A stretch of DNA of 64,000 bases from Thermoplasmatota archaeon (GCA_029939595.1 JAOZSQ010000005.1:4-64003), one strand, 5' to 3'; positions 18,705 to 29,658 are shown, counted from the stretch's first letter. The notes: generated by a model from the letters alone, not told the origin. Numbers and translations are program-made.

Positions 18705-19889
18705 ATGAAAAGAAATTCAAAAAGTTTTTTAAAAGAAGAATATGAAGCATTAGTTGAAAAGAGTTTAGATTGGAAACTTCGAAATCTTGAATCAGGTTCC
18801 CTCCCACATTCTATGGTGGATGGAAAAGAAGTAATCATGCTTTGTTCAAATAATTATTTGAATCTTAGTAATCATCCAAAATTGATAAAGGCATCATGTG
18901 ATGCAGCACAAAAATTTGGTGCCGGTTCAGGATCTGTACGTGCCATTGCAGGAACCATGAAAATACATATGGATGTTGAAAAGAAGCTTGCTAATTTTAA
19001 ACATACTGAATCTTCATTAATATATCAAACCGGTTTTGCTGCAAATGCAGGTCTCATTCCTCAGCTTGCAGGAAAAGGCGATATCATTATTAGTGATGAA
19101 TTAAACCATGGTAGCATCATTGATGGTGTACGTTTAACAAAAGCAGATCGAGCTGTGTATAAACATTGTGATATGGGTGAGCTAGAAAAAGTCCTTATAA
19201 ATTCAGATTCAAAATATAATAAAATCCTTATTATCACTGATGGTGTGTTTAGTATGGATGGAGATATATCGCCAATGGATAAAGTTGTAAAACTTGCAAA
19301 TGAATATGGCGCGATGACCTATGTTGATGATGCACATGGTGAAGGTGTTATTGGGCCTGATGGACGAGGAATTGGTGCTCATTTTGGTATTGAAGGAAAA
19401 ATCGATGTTGAAATGGGAACATTTAGTAAAGCATTTGGTGTTGTTGGTGGATTAGTTGCAGGAAGCCAGGATCTTGTAAATTATGCATATAATAAATCAA
19501 GGACATGGTTGTTAAGTGGATCGCACCCTCCTGCTGTTGCAGCAGCTCAATTCGCAGCTATTGATGTACTTGAAACTGAACCAGAACATGTCAAGAATCT
19601 TTGGGATAATACCACTTATTTTAAAAAGGAATTAAAATCAATGGGATTTGATACCGGAGAAAGTACTACCCCTATTACTCCTGTTATATGTGGCGAGTCA
19701 AAAGATGCTAAAAAACTAAGTGATCGATTGTATGATGAAGGTATTTTTGCCCTCCCTATTGTATTTCCAATGGTTGCTAAGGATAAAGCTCGCATTAGAA
19801 ATATGATGAATGCAGGTCTTTCAAAAGATGATTTAGATAAAGTTTTAAGAGTTTATGAAAAACTTGGAAAAGAATTAAAACTCATTTAA
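18705..19889 (+). CDS. kbl: Glycine C-acetyltransferase / 8-amino-7-oxononanoate synthase family (PLP class II)
   Basis: CSNNYL, SDELNHGSIIDG, DGVFSMDG, DDAHG, GTFSKAFG; start moved to ATG 18705 after GGAGG. Confidence 0.85.
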   Translation: MKRNSKSFLKEEYEALVEKSLDWKLRNLESGSLPHSMVDGKEVIMLCSNNYLNLSNHPKLIKASCDAAQKFGAGSGSVRAIAGTMKIHMDVEKKLANFKHTESSLIYQTGFAANAGLIPQLAGKGDIIISDELNHGSIIDGVRLTKADRAVYKHCDMGELEKVLINSDSKYNKILIITDGVFSMDGDISPMDKVVKLANEYGAMTYVDDAHGEGVIGPDGRGIGAHFGIEGKIDVEMGTFSKAFGVVGGLVAGSQDLVNYAYNKSRTWLLSGSHPPAVAAAQFAAIDVLETEPEHVKNLWDNTTYFKKELKSMGFDTGESTTPITPVICGESKDAKKLSDRLYDEGIFALPIVFPMVAKDKARIRNMMNAGLSKDDLDKVLRVYEKLGKELKLI

Positions 19890-19917
19890 TTCTTTTTTTT
19901 TATTATTGGTATTTTCA

Positions 19918-20310
19918 ATGGACGATCAAATAAAGTTACATCATATTGCCCTGCAATGTGATAATAAGGAAGAAGCAATACTATTTTATCAGGATACTTT
20001 GGGTTTTAAAGAAACTAAAACATTTTTTCTTTCTGAAAGTTTAACTTATAGTATATTCTGCCTTAATCATTCTGTTGAAGTAATTGTTTTTCAAAATGAC
20101 TCTTTGTATGTCGAAGTTTTTATTGTACCAGGGAAAAATGAGAAAACATGTGCTCATACCTGTCTTTTAGTTAATGATTTGATTGAATTTATTGATCTTT
20201 GTAAAAAAAACCATGTTGATTATTATTCAGTAAAAAAAGAAGATAGGAATCTATGGTTTGTAAAAGATTTCTCAGGTAATATCTTTGAAATGAAGGAAAA
20301 AATCATTTAA
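19918..20310 (+). CDS. VOC/glyoxalase family protein
   Basis: LHHIAL, FYQDTLGF, HTCL, FVKDFSGNIFE. Confidence 0.85.
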   Translation: MDDQIKLHHIALQCDNKEEAILFYQDTLGFKETKTFFLSESLTYSIFCLNHSVEVIVFQNDSLYVEVFIVPGKNEKTCAHTCLLVNDLIEFIDLCKKNHVDYYSVKKEDRNLWFVKDFSGNIFEMKEKII

Positions 20311-20681
20311 TCTTGATGTGGGTGGTTTACTTTTAATTTATTGTTAATAACCTGGTTAATTGACTCCCATTGATCCTCAAGATCCGGATTTTCAACAGTA
20401 TTATCAAGTGATTCCTTAAAGCCATCTTTATTTAATTCATTATCTTCTTGATATTTTTTATGAAAAATTAATGTGTTATTTATTTCTTGATGTTTTAATA
20501 ATTCAGAAACATCTGCTAAAAATAATAGTTCTTCCTTTGTAGGAGACCAAGATATTGTATTTTCATTCAAAGTAATATTTTGAGCATTTTGATTAAGATG
20601 TATGTTAATACTGAGATTTTTACCATTTTTTATTAATTCAAGCTTGAAATTAATATTCGAATTTTCTTTAATCATCCACAT
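20307..20681 (-). CDS. Hypothetical protein
   Basis: 124-aa ORF with a GGA-rich RBS. Confidence 0.6.
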   Translation of the reverse strand: MWMIKENSNINFKLELIKNGKNLSINIHLNQNAQNITLNENTISWSPTKEELLFLADVSELLKHQEINNTLIFHKKYQEDNELNKDGFKESLDNTVENPDLEDQWESINQVINNKLKVNHPHQD

Positions 20682-20809
20682 CCATCCTTGATTCTAGTAT
20701 GGTTAATTATATATTATATACTTAAAATCTTTCGTTTTTTCCTAAAACTAAAAAAATTTTAAAAAAAACATAATTCTCATATAGTGTTTCCTTATTTTGT
20801 ATTTTTAGT

Positions 20810-20968
20810 ATGGTGAAGAAATCATTATTATCCGTATTTGGAATGTTTCTATCAGTTATTGGTGTTGTTGGAGTTGTTTTTTCACAATTTATGGTAGAAA
20901 TGTTTTTATCAGTTATTGCTGCAATGTCTGGATTATTCACCCTTGCATTACAATATGATGAAAAGTGA
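20810..20968 (+). CDS. Small two-TM membrane protein (52 aa), not in ORF track
   Basis: MVKKSLLSVFGMFLSVIGVVGVVFSQFMVEMFLSVIAAMSGLFTLALQYDEK*. Confidence 0.6.
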   Translation: MVKKSLLSVFGMFLSVIGVVGVVFSQFMVEMFLSVIAAMSGLFTLALQYDEK

Positions 20969-21052
20969 TAATTTTCAATTAAAAAAATCCAATCATTTTA
21001 GCATAATTTTGGATAAAATATAAGAATAATCATATCATGTTGTTATTTTATT

Positions 21053-21547
21053 ATGAAAGAAGGATATTTACAGAGTAAAATTGCAGATTTTTCTGAAATG
21101 ATTCAGGATTTTGAACATCGATTGAAGATGGCTGAAACTGAATTTGAACGGTATCAGATACAACTTGGAAGCTTTAAACAATTATTGAAGAAATTAAAAA
21201 AGGTTGAAGAATTTCAAGATCAAGGTATTGAAAAGATAAAAATGGAAAACACAGAAGCAATTGATGAAAAAATAAATTTTCTTACTATGAAAGCTGAAAA
21301 AAAAGCTGAAAAAGTCATTGATCAGAAGACAAAACTGATTTCTAATGCATTAAAACAGATTAAAATTGATGAAGAACAGTTTAAAGATTCTTTGAGTCAA
21401 ATTAACAATTTTCATCTTGAAATTCAATATTATAAAGAATTTCAACAGTTATTCATGTTAAAATTAATTAATAAAGGTATTTTGAATCATAGGGAACTAA
21501 AGGAAGTTGAATTAAGGGCAAAAAAACGAGTAAAACAAATGGAATGA
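21053..21547 (+). CDS. Coiled-coil hypothetical protein
   Basis: 164-aa ORF rich in K/E/Q with heptad pattern. Confidence 0.7.
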   Translation: MKEGYLQSKIADFSEMIQDFEHRLKMAETEFERYQIQLGSFKQLLKKLKKVEEFQDQGIEKIKMENTEAIDEKINFLTMKAEKKAEKVIDQKTKLISNALKQIKIDEEQFKDSLSQINNFHLEIQYYKEFQQLFMLKLINKGILNHRELKEVELRAKKRVKQME

Positions 21548-21569
21548 AAAAAAATCTTTTAAGTTTTTT

Positions 21570-22586
21570 TTATATGCCTTTGAAAAATTGAAAAAATTGT
21601 TTTATTGATTGTACTATTTGTGACATTATTGTATTTGTTTGAGTTTTTTGGTATTCCTGTGGTTTAATCTCTGTTTCAACCGACATTTCATAAATTATTT
21701 TATCAGATAATGAAGGAAAATTTTTCGTTGTATTTGCAATAGATATATTATATGAATTCGGTGTGACAACATCTCCATCGATATTTTTTTTAAACTTACA
21801 GTTTATTATCTGATTTTCATCAGATTGTGAAAAATATATCCCATGTACTGCATTATTTTCAATCGTACAATTTTTAATAATATTCATGTTATTATCTTTG
21901 TCAATGGCATCAATTCCACTATGTGAATTATTTACCATGATACAATCTTGAATAAGATTATTGCATGATCGTTGGAGTTCAATAGCATCACAATTCTGTT
22001 TGAATAAACATTGAATAATTTTGTTATTATTTGCAGTTGAAAAAGAAGTGCTTAGAAGAACAATTCCTTCATCTGAACAGTTAATAAATGTACTTTTTTG
22101 TATGGTATTGTTATTCGACCAAATACTAATTCCAATTGGTGTGTTTTTAAGAACGCAATTATGAATTGTTGTATTTTCATTGATAATTCTTACCCCTGTT
22201 GTATAAAGACCTGGGCCATTATTTTGAATTGTAATATTGGATAGATTAACATATGGGCATGATATCGTTATTGCAGGTTTGTTTTTTTCTGTTGTTACAT
22301 TAATTATAGTTTCTAATGGATCTTCACCCATTATTTTTATTTCTTTAAATATGGTGAATGATTGATTATATATTCCTTTTGTTAGAATTACTGTTGATAA
22401 TGGATCTATTGAATCAATTACTTCTTGAATATCATCTAATGGATTTATGATAATTGTTTTAGGAGTCTTTGCAGTTGAAATAGGCATATATGAAAGGCTT
22501 GTTATTAACAGTAAAACAATTAGCATTATCAATTTTCCATTCATTTCTCTCAACCATGCAGAACCATTCATGTGAAAATCCCGCAT
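21570..22586 (-). CDS. Secreted right-handed parallel beta-helix (NosD/CASH-like) protein
   Basis: Signal peptide, IQEVID..LTKGIY, repeated NNxIxNC/GI motifs. Confidence 0.85.
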   Translation of the reverse strand: MRDFHMNGSAWLREMNGKLIMLIVLLLITSLSYMPISTAKTPKTIIINPLDDIQEVIDSIDPLSTVILTKGIYNQSFTIFKEIKIMGEDPLETIINVTTEKNKPAITISCPYVNLSNITIQNNGPGLYTTGVRIINENTTIHNCVLKNTPIGISIWSNNNTIQKSTFINCSDEGIVLLSTSFSTANNNKIIQCLFKQNCDAIELQRSCNNLIQDCIMVNNSHSGIDAIDKDNNMNIIKNCTIENNAVHGIYFSQSDENQIINCKFKKNIDGDVVTPNSYNISIANTTKNFPSLSDKIIYEMSVETEIKPQEYQKTQTNTIMSQIVQSIKQFFQFFKGI

Positions 22587-22963
22587 GATAATATCTGAAA
22601 ATATTTGTATATAAAAGAGACTAGTTACAATCCCAAAATGATAAATTTACAATTTATGAATAATAGTTAACGAAAATAAAAAATATTATGATTTTAAAAT
22701 ATTGCTAAAATTTTTAATATATTTCTTTTACTAGTGGATTGGCTGCTAAGGATTTTTTTAATAATTTTTTTATTTTTTCTTTTTCTTCTTCCGTAATATT
22801 TCCTATGATTAACAACTCCTTTGTGTTTTTATTTAATTTTGAATTAATGTTATAAAAAGATATTTTGCCTAATTATCAAAAATAAAAAGTATCATTATTG
22901 AAATTTTTTAGTCATTTTTTAGAAGTTGTATTTATTTAGAATTCAAATAGAGTTATAACGTAA

Positions 22964-24160
22964 TTATTCTTCATCAATGAATTCTTCACTGTCGTCATAG
23001 TATTTGGTTCTTTTTTTGAATAAACGTAGAATATTTCCAGTAAGAACCCCAGATGATACTGCAAGAATAATTGTAATAACAATACCAGTCAGTTGATATG
23101 TGATGCTTATACTTGATGTTACGATAATTGCCGAGACTCCACCTAAAATACCTGGGAATCCATGAAGGTTCATCACTCCACATGTATCAATCATTCCTAA
23201 TCTTTTTTGTAAATGCTGATGGATTAATATAAATGAAACAGTTGAAATTAATCCTGCAAGACATCCAATTATAAAGGCTGATGTTGAATTAGAAACAACA
23301 CATGTACTCCCAATAGCAACTCCTCCTGCAAGTGCTGCATTTGCAATATCTGAAATAGCAGTTTTCCCTCTTAGTAATGTACTTGTTATGTATGTTGCTA
23401 ATGTTGAACCGCAAAGTGCAATAAAGACATTGATAATTGTATGTGGGATTTGATCTGCTGTGACGAGTGCTGCACAAAAACTAGGCCAGAATATCCAAAG
23501 GATCATACTTCCAAGCATTGAAAATCGATCGCTGTTGTAATCTGCTTTAATTGCTTTTTTGAAATCTTCATTTTTTGTAATTGCAATAACGACACCAAGG
23601 CCAAAGAATGCCCCAAATGCATGAATTACAATTGATCCGCCAGTATCAAGAATAGCCCCAACAGGTAAAATTCCAAATCCACCTTCAAGAAGAATCCATT
23701 CATTTAGAATATAAAATGGTATAAACATAGCTCCAAGTAAAAGATATTGGGGCATTTTAAGCCGCCCTAAGGTTGCACCTGCTGCGATTAGTAATCCTGC
23801 TGCGGCAAATTCAGAGAGGATGAATTTATCAATCTCAGATGTTTGTCCATTAAAGAAACCAAGATTTACAATGAACATGTATAGTGGGATTGCGATACTG
23901 ACAAGTATAAACGTCATTGTAAGTGCTGATCTTCCATAGCCACGTACGAAAACCATGAGAAAACCAAATCCTACAAGCAACATTGCCATGATGTGAATGG
24001 ATCGATTGTATTTCTGGACGTTAATTACGTCATGAATATCCGATGTGTCTTCTTCATTTTCAGCAGCTACAATAGAATTTAATGTACAAGTGAAAAAAAT
24101 AATCAATATGATTGAAACCAGTTGTCTTCTTGATATTTTAAAGAGCGTGAATTTTTTCAT
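22964..24160 (-). CDS. Ammonium transporter family channel, Rh50 (Rhesus) type
   Basis: MLLVGFGFLMVF, DTGGSIVIHAFGAFFGL, LWIFWPSF, DTCGVMNLHGFPG; twin His present. Confidence 0.88.
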   Translation of the reverse strand: MKKFTLFKISRRQLVSIILIIFFTCTLNSIVAAENEEDTSDIHDVINVQKYNRSIHIMAMLLVGFGFLMVFVRGYGRSALTMTFILVSIAIPLYMFIVNLGFFNGQTSEIDKFILSEFAAAGLLIAAGATLGRLKMPQYLLLGAMFIPFYILNEWILLEGGFGILPVGAILDTGGSIVIHAFGAFFGLGVVIAITKNEDFKKAIKADYNSDRFSMLGSMILWIFWPSFCAALVTADQIPHTIINVFIALCGSTLATYITSTLLRGKTAISDIANAALAGGVAIGSTCVVSNSTSAFIIGCLAGLISTVSFILIHQHLQKRLGMIDTCGVMNLHGFPGILGGVSAIIVTSSISITYQLTGIVITIILAVSSGVLTGNILRLFKKRTKYYDDSEEFIDEE

Positions 24161-24351
24161 TGAATCAATAGGATACTAATCACCAATATAAATATTTTTT
24201 TAACTAATATAAATAATATTTTTTTTCAAAATGGTATAAATTCTAAATTATTCCATAAATATTCTGTAAAATCTATTATAAGTGAAACAAAATTTATATT
24301 TATTGACTACCATATACATTATTATAATATTATGGGGGCAATAAGAAATAA

Positions 24352-26898
24352 ATGAAAAAAATAGCCGTAATGATAATCGCAAGCTTTGTATTAATAAATA
24401 CTTTTGGTGCTGTTGCTTACACTTCAAAAGATACAGATCAAAAGGAAAAAATAGAAACAATATATAATAATATTGTTATAAATAATGTTAAAATTGATTC
24501 TAAGAATACTAATGGATATATTTCAGTTGAACTTGATGATTGTTCTACATATCTTTCAAGTCCCGGAAAACCAAAATTACCTAAAATTGTTCAAAAAATC
24601 GAATTACCATTTGGTGCAAAGAATATTAATATTGATGTTTTAAAAGGTGAAGTAACAACAGAAGTGATAAACTATGAAGTAAAACCTTCAACTGCACTAT
24701 TGCCTTTAACAGTACAAGAATATAAACCTCAAATCACAAAACCATTAAAAGATATGAGTATCTATGGTGGAACAGAATCGTATCCAAAAAACTCATTTGA
24801 TTATAAAATAGGATGTGGTTTAAACGAAAATAATGAACGTGTAACTTTTGTTATTACTGATATTTATCCAATTCAATATACTCCTTCAAAAAATCAACTT
24901 TCAATAATGTCATCTGCTGATATTATCATTAATTATGAAAAACCAGATTACAATCCATTCCCATCAACTGCTGCTTATGATCTTGTAATTATTGCACCAG
25001 AAGTTTTTATCAATGCATTACAACCACTTGTAGCACATAAAAATGATCATGGAGTTAAAACTTTTATAAAAAGTACGGAAGAAATATATAACGATTATGA
25101 TGGAGTTGATAAACCTGAGCAAATCAAATTTTTTATTAAAGATGCAGTAGAAACATTAGGTTTAAATTATGTCCTTCTTGTTGGAGGATTGAACTCTATT
25201 ATAAAAGCAAAACCTCGAGATAATGCAAATCAAGGAAGTACTGATTGGTATGTTCCTGTCAGGTATACAAATATGTATGATGATCCTGCATTTCCATTAA
25301 TGTCTGGTTCAATCCATGACCCTGGTGTAATAAGTGATTTATATTATGCAGATTTATATAAAGAAGGGGGAGAATTTTCTAGTTGGGATGGAAACCATGA
25401 TGGTATTTTTGCAGCCCTTGGAAAACCAGGAATTGATGATGATCCTACTCTTGATTATTATCCTGATGTTTCATTAAGTAGACTTGCTTGTAGAAGTCTT
25501 GAGGAAGTTGATATTGTTGTTAATAAAATCATCAACTATGAAAGCAGCCCTGCTGATCCTTCATGGTTTGAACGAATGATTGTTGTCTCAGGAGATGGTT
25601 TCCTTGATCAAACTGATTTGAATATCCAATGGGATACTAACAATATTGATGATGGAACCTACACAATTTATGCTCAAAGCCATAATCCAGATGAAGAATA
25701 TGGGCCTATTGTGAGCGTGACTGTTACAAAGGATATTTCAGCTGAATCAGTGATCACTTATTCTCATGATGATCATTTAATTCCAGAAGTCGCTGATGCT
25801 TTGGAAAATGGTTTTCCTACGGTACCAATTGCTGAAATTGTCTCAGTTTCTGATGGTGATATTCTTGGAAATACTGATGTTGCCTTTGATCCAGCAACTA
25901 ATGATTATTGTAATGAATTTTATTTTTGGGCTAATGTTAGTTATGTGGATGAAGTTTTAACTATCCGCGGAAAAAGCTATGACCCTAAACCATATGGAAA
26001 TGTAAGTAGTATACATGTATGGATCGAAGATGATTCAGGGATGAAGGTGTTTGAAGACTGGCGAAATGACACTGAAATGTATTATGAAGGTGAATGGACC
26101 ACAGGTGAAAAATCTTTACTTGGTCGTGGTGGTGCATTGTATTATATGCCAGATCATTTTGAAAGAGAGATCCTTTGGACATCAAATGGGAAATTAATGA
26201 ATCCGGATGATGTAATCTCTTCAATTAGTCAAGGCGCAGGTTTCCTTTTCTTCTCTGGCCATGGAAGTCCAAATGTTTGGGCAGATCAGACTCCTGGTAT
26301 CTCTGGCGATAGAGGACATGCTAGTGTGACAGGTCTTGAAGTGACAAAGCTTTCGTTATGGGGAATCTTAGGAGTATTATCATTTTCTCGATCAGTTCAA
26401 AGCTTGCTTCCATTTTTCCCAATGGATACAATCTCAAATGGTGAGAAGCTCCCTATAGCTGTTGTTGGTGGATGTCATAATAGTCAATTCAATGTCTCTA
26501 TGATTCCAGGTATTATGGAAGGTTTGGAATATATTTTTCCATCAATGGGTCATTCATATATGTGGTGTCATGGATCCGCAGTTCCTGAAACATTTAGTTG
26601 GAGATTAATTAGAAATCCAAATGGAGGCGCAATTGCAAGTATTGGAAACACCGGCCTAGGTTATGGTATGCCTGGTAAAGAACTCACAACTGGCGGCGGT
26701 GATTCATGGATTACAATTGAATTCTTCAAACAATACGGAGAAAATGGTCAAGACATTCTTGGTAATGCATATTTGCAAACACTAAATTCTTATATCGACA
26801 CATTTGATATGACAGATCTTCCAGCAGGCCATCCTAAAACAATGACGCAATGGGTCCTTCTTGGAGATCCAACATTAAAAATCGGTGGATACGAATAA
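24352..26898 (+). CDS. Secreted C25 (gingipain-family) cysteine peptidase with propeptide and internal insertion
   Basis: Signal peptide, PGKPKLP propeptide, YVLLVG, SDLYYAD, SGHGS (His), GGCHNS (Cys), LLGDPTL. Confidence 0.9.
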   Translation: MKKIAVMIIASFVLINTFGAVAYTSKDTDQKEKIETIYNNIVINNVKIDSKNTNGYISVELDDCSTYLSSPGKPKLPKIVQKIELPFGAKNINIDVLKGEVTTEVINYEVKPSTALLPLTVQEYKPQITKPLKDMSIYGGTESYPKNSFDYKIGCGLNENNERVTFVITDIYPIQYTPSKNQLSIMSSADIIINYEKPDYNPFPSTAAYDLVIIAPEVFINALQPLVAHKNDHGVKTFIKSTEEIYNDYDGVDKPEQIKFFIKDAVETLGLNYVLLVGGLNSIIKAKPRDNANQGSTDWYVPVRYTNMYDDPAFPLMSGSIHDPGVISDLYYADLYKEGGEFSSWDGNHDGIFAALGKPGIDDDPTLDYYPDVSLSRLACRSLEEVDIVVNKIINYESSPADPSWFERMIVVSGDGFLDQTDLNIQWDTNNIDDGTYTIYAQSHNPDEEYGPIVSVTVTKDISAESVITYSHDDHLIPEVADALENGFPTVPIAEIVSVSDGDILGNTDVAFDPATNDYCNEFYFWANVSYVDEVLTIRGKSYDPKPYGNVSSIHVWIEDDSGMKVFEDWRNDTEMYYEGEWTTGEKSLLGRGGALYYMPDHFEREILWTSNGKLMNPDDVISSISQGAGFLFFSGHGSPNVWADQTPGISGDRGHASVTGLEVTKLSLWGILGVLSFSRSVQSLLPFFPMDTISNGEKLPIAVVGGCHNSQFNVSMIPGIMEGLEYIFPSMGHSYMWCHGSAVPETFSWRLIRNPNGGAIASIGNTGLGYGMPGKELTTGGGDSWITIEFFKQYGENGQDILGNAYLQTLNSYIDTFDMTDLPAGHPKTMTQWVLLGDPTLKIGGYE

Positions 26899-27289
26899 TA
26901 ACTTTCCACCTCTTTTCTTCTTTTTTCTTTTTGTAATATAAAAAAATTATATATTGGGCTTTGTATAATAAGCGCGAGATTTTTAAATTATTTATTTTCT
27001 TACTGTGGTTTTTTTTAATCTGCTTTATATTTTTTTGTGGACAATGTTACAAATTTGATATAATCCAAAATTAATCAAATAACCTTTATTATTAGAAATA
27101 TTAGCAATAATATAAGTTGAGCCTTTAATGCCGACATTAGCATTTAGGAAAAACAAATTATTCAAGAGATAATTGTATTGATAAAATTATTGATATCTTA
27201 TGAAAAAGTATTATATAATTATCAGTAATAATCATAAAAATAAATATTAATATAATTTTTAAAAAAAAGAGAAAAAGAGTTAGTGATTA

Positions 27290-28204
27290 TTAACCACTTG
27301 AACTTATTGAATTTTTAAGTATTGATATTAGCATGTATAATAAGCCAGTTCTATCAAAATCGAAATTAAGATCTAAACCTTCTCCATCTCCGCCTTCAAT
27401 ACCACCCATTAACATAATTGGTATTGCAATTAATAATAATGGAAGGGCTAGAAGAAGTACAATGCTTAGCGCGGAAAATAATGCTGTTGATACACCACCT
27501 AAAATTGTTCCAATTGAGATTGATAATTGTGCTGCGATTAATGCAAATATTGGTGCACCTATAATCGATAATGCTTTAATTCCAATTTTGCTCATTACTC
27601 CTAAAAACAACATGAGAATTGCTCCTAATGTAAAAAAGGTTTGAGTTCCTGCTAGGATTAGTAATATTATTGTTAATATTGCTCCAATTACTTTTATTAT
27701 CCCTGCGATTACTCCAACTGATGCATTCATAAGAATTTTGAATAATGTTGCGGTTAGAGTTATTATTGTTTTGAAAATTGTAATAAGAATACTTAGAATA
27801 GTACTGTCTCCGGGTGTATCATTTGGATCCTCTGTATTTTGAAAAATTCCTAATAATAAGTTTATAATTGTTTGTATAGTTGATCCTTCTGATTCTCCAT
27901 CTGTTATTCCATTAAGTAAATTATTTAACATTTCTGTATCAAAATATTTTCCCAATATTCTCATAATTAACTTGATCAGTAGATCAAATAGTATTGATTT
28001 ATCTTCTTTTATTGGATTATTGATTTTTTCAGTTAATGTTTCAGCCATCTGTTCAATTTCTTCTTTTTCATTAATTTTATCCATCAATGGTTTTCCATTT
28101 ACATGAGGAACTGCCGTTACGGTGGAAATGAACATAAGAACAAGAAAAACCGCTCCTAATATTTTTATTGCTTTACTTCTGTTTTTTAGTTTTTGAGACA
28201 TCAT
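27290..28204 (-). CDS. Exported/membrane hypothetical protein with a long hydrophobic helical region
   Basis: Signal peptide ending TAVP; Ile/Leu-rich multi-helix C-terminal half; GAGGAG RBS. Confidence 0.75.
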   Translation of the reverse strand: MMSQKLKNRSKAIKILGAVFLVLMFISTVTAVPHVNGKPLMDKINEKEEIEQMAETLTEKINNPIKEDKSILFDLLIKLIMRILGKYFDTEMLNNLLNGITDGESEGSTIQTIINLLLGIFQNTEDPNDTPGDSTILSILITIFKTIITLTATLFKILMNASVGVIAGIIKVIGAILTIILLILAGTQTFFTLGAILMLFLGVMSKIGIKALSIIGAPIFALIAAQLSISIGTILGGVSTALFSALSIVLLLALPLLLIAIPIMLMGGIEGGDGEGLDLNFDFDRTGLLYMLISILKNSISSSG

Positions 28205-28392
28205 ATTTATTGACTCCTCGCCATTTTAATATATATTTTAATGGATTTCAAACTATTTAAATTATTCTAATACATATATAATTAATATTGGTTATAAACA
28301 TTATTATAAATTTTTAATTCAAAATACAATAATGCAAAACAATTTATCAAGAAATGAACAAAAAATATGAATAATGACCCAGTAATAAAAAA

Positions 28393-29658
28393 TTAAAGAA
28401 TAGTACCATTAAATTCAATACAAAAAGATTTGATTTTTGATAATAAATTTGCATTGCATTTTAATTCCACATAAATATTTTTTTCATATGAAGTTGATAA
28501 CACATAAGTTTTATCATATAAAAATGAAATAAATGATTGTATTTCACTTGACTGAGGCAATTCCAATTCCATATGTAACATATCAGGCAGATGTGTCATT
28601 ATCCCATTTATCAAACCATAGATTCCTATCTTTTCTTTTAATGAAACTTCTATAATATCATCTTTTGAAAAATGTACAAGTTCACAGATTTGATTTTTGA
28701 TATCTGAAATGTTTTCTTTTCGTAGTAAATCTATTTTATTTAAAATCAGAAGCATTGATGATGAAAAATTTAATTCACCTAATTCTTTTAATGATGCATT
28801 AATTTTTTTTAGCACAATCGGAAAAGGATCTGAGACATCAATAACAAGCAATACCAAATCAGCTTCTTTAATTTCTTCAAGAGTTGAATGAAATGCTTTG
28901 ATAATCCAAGTTGGAAGATTTTGTATGAAACCAACGGTATCGGTTAATAAAATCGGTAATTTATCATCATTAATTTTCCTTGTAGTTGTTGAAAGTGTTG
29001 AAAATAATTGATTCTTAACAGTAACGTCTTCATTTGTTAAAACATTTAATAAACTACTTTTTCCAGCATTTGTATATCCTGCAAGTGAAACAAGATAAAA
29101 ACCACTTCTTTTTCGATGTTTTCTTAAAACAGCTCGATCTTGCTCGATTTTTAATAATTTATTCTTTATTAATTTAATTTGTTTTTTAATCATTTCAAAG
29201 TAATCATCAACTTGATATTCACCACCGGCCATAAGACCTGGATGTTCACCACTTCGAGTTCGATGTATTAGTTCTTTTACATGTGGTTTTTCGTATTCTA
29301 ATTCTGCTAATTGAACCTGCAACTGAGCTTCTTTAATTTTTGCTCTTTCCTTAAAAATCATAAGAATAAGCTTAATCCTATCATATACAGTTACACCCAA
29401 TTCCTTTTCTAACAAAAACCATTGAGATGGTCGAAGTTCCCCATCAAAAATTATCAACCCTATTTCTTCATTATCTTCAAGATAACTTTTAATTTCATCA
29501 AGTTTTCCAGATCCAATATATGTTTTTACATTAGGATTGTTTCTATGTTGAATAAATGTATTAACAACATCATATTCAAAAGATTTAGCTAATTGAATTA
29601 TTTCAGTGACATCATCATTTAAAGAGACAACAATTGATTGTTTGTATTCTAATAGCAT
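28393..29658 (-). CDS. hflX: GTPase HflX
   Basis: GSGKL, EAQLQVQLA, GYTNAGKSSL, LFSTLSTT, DTVGFI, NKID. Confidence 0.93.
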   Translation of the reverse strand: MLLEYKQSIVVSLNDDVTEIIQLAKSFEYDVVNTFIQHRNNPNVKTYIGSGKLDEIKSYLEDNEEIGLIIFDGELRPSQWFLLEKELGVTVYDRIKLILMIFKERAKIKEAQLQVQLAELEYEKPHVKELIHRTRSGEHPGLMAGGEYQVDDYFEMIKKQIKLIKNKLLKIEQDRAVLRKHRKRSGFYLVSLAGYTNAGKSSLLNVLTNEDVTVKNQLFSTLSTTTRKINDDKLPILLTDTVGFIQNLPTWIIKAFHSTLEEIKEADLVLLVIDVSDPFPIVLKKINASLKELGELNFSSSMLLILNKIDLLRKENISDIKNQICELVHFSKDDIIEVSLKEKIGIYGLINGIMTHLPDMLHMELELPQSSEIQSFISFLYDKTYVLSTSYEKNIYVELKCNANLLSKIKSFCIEFNGTIL

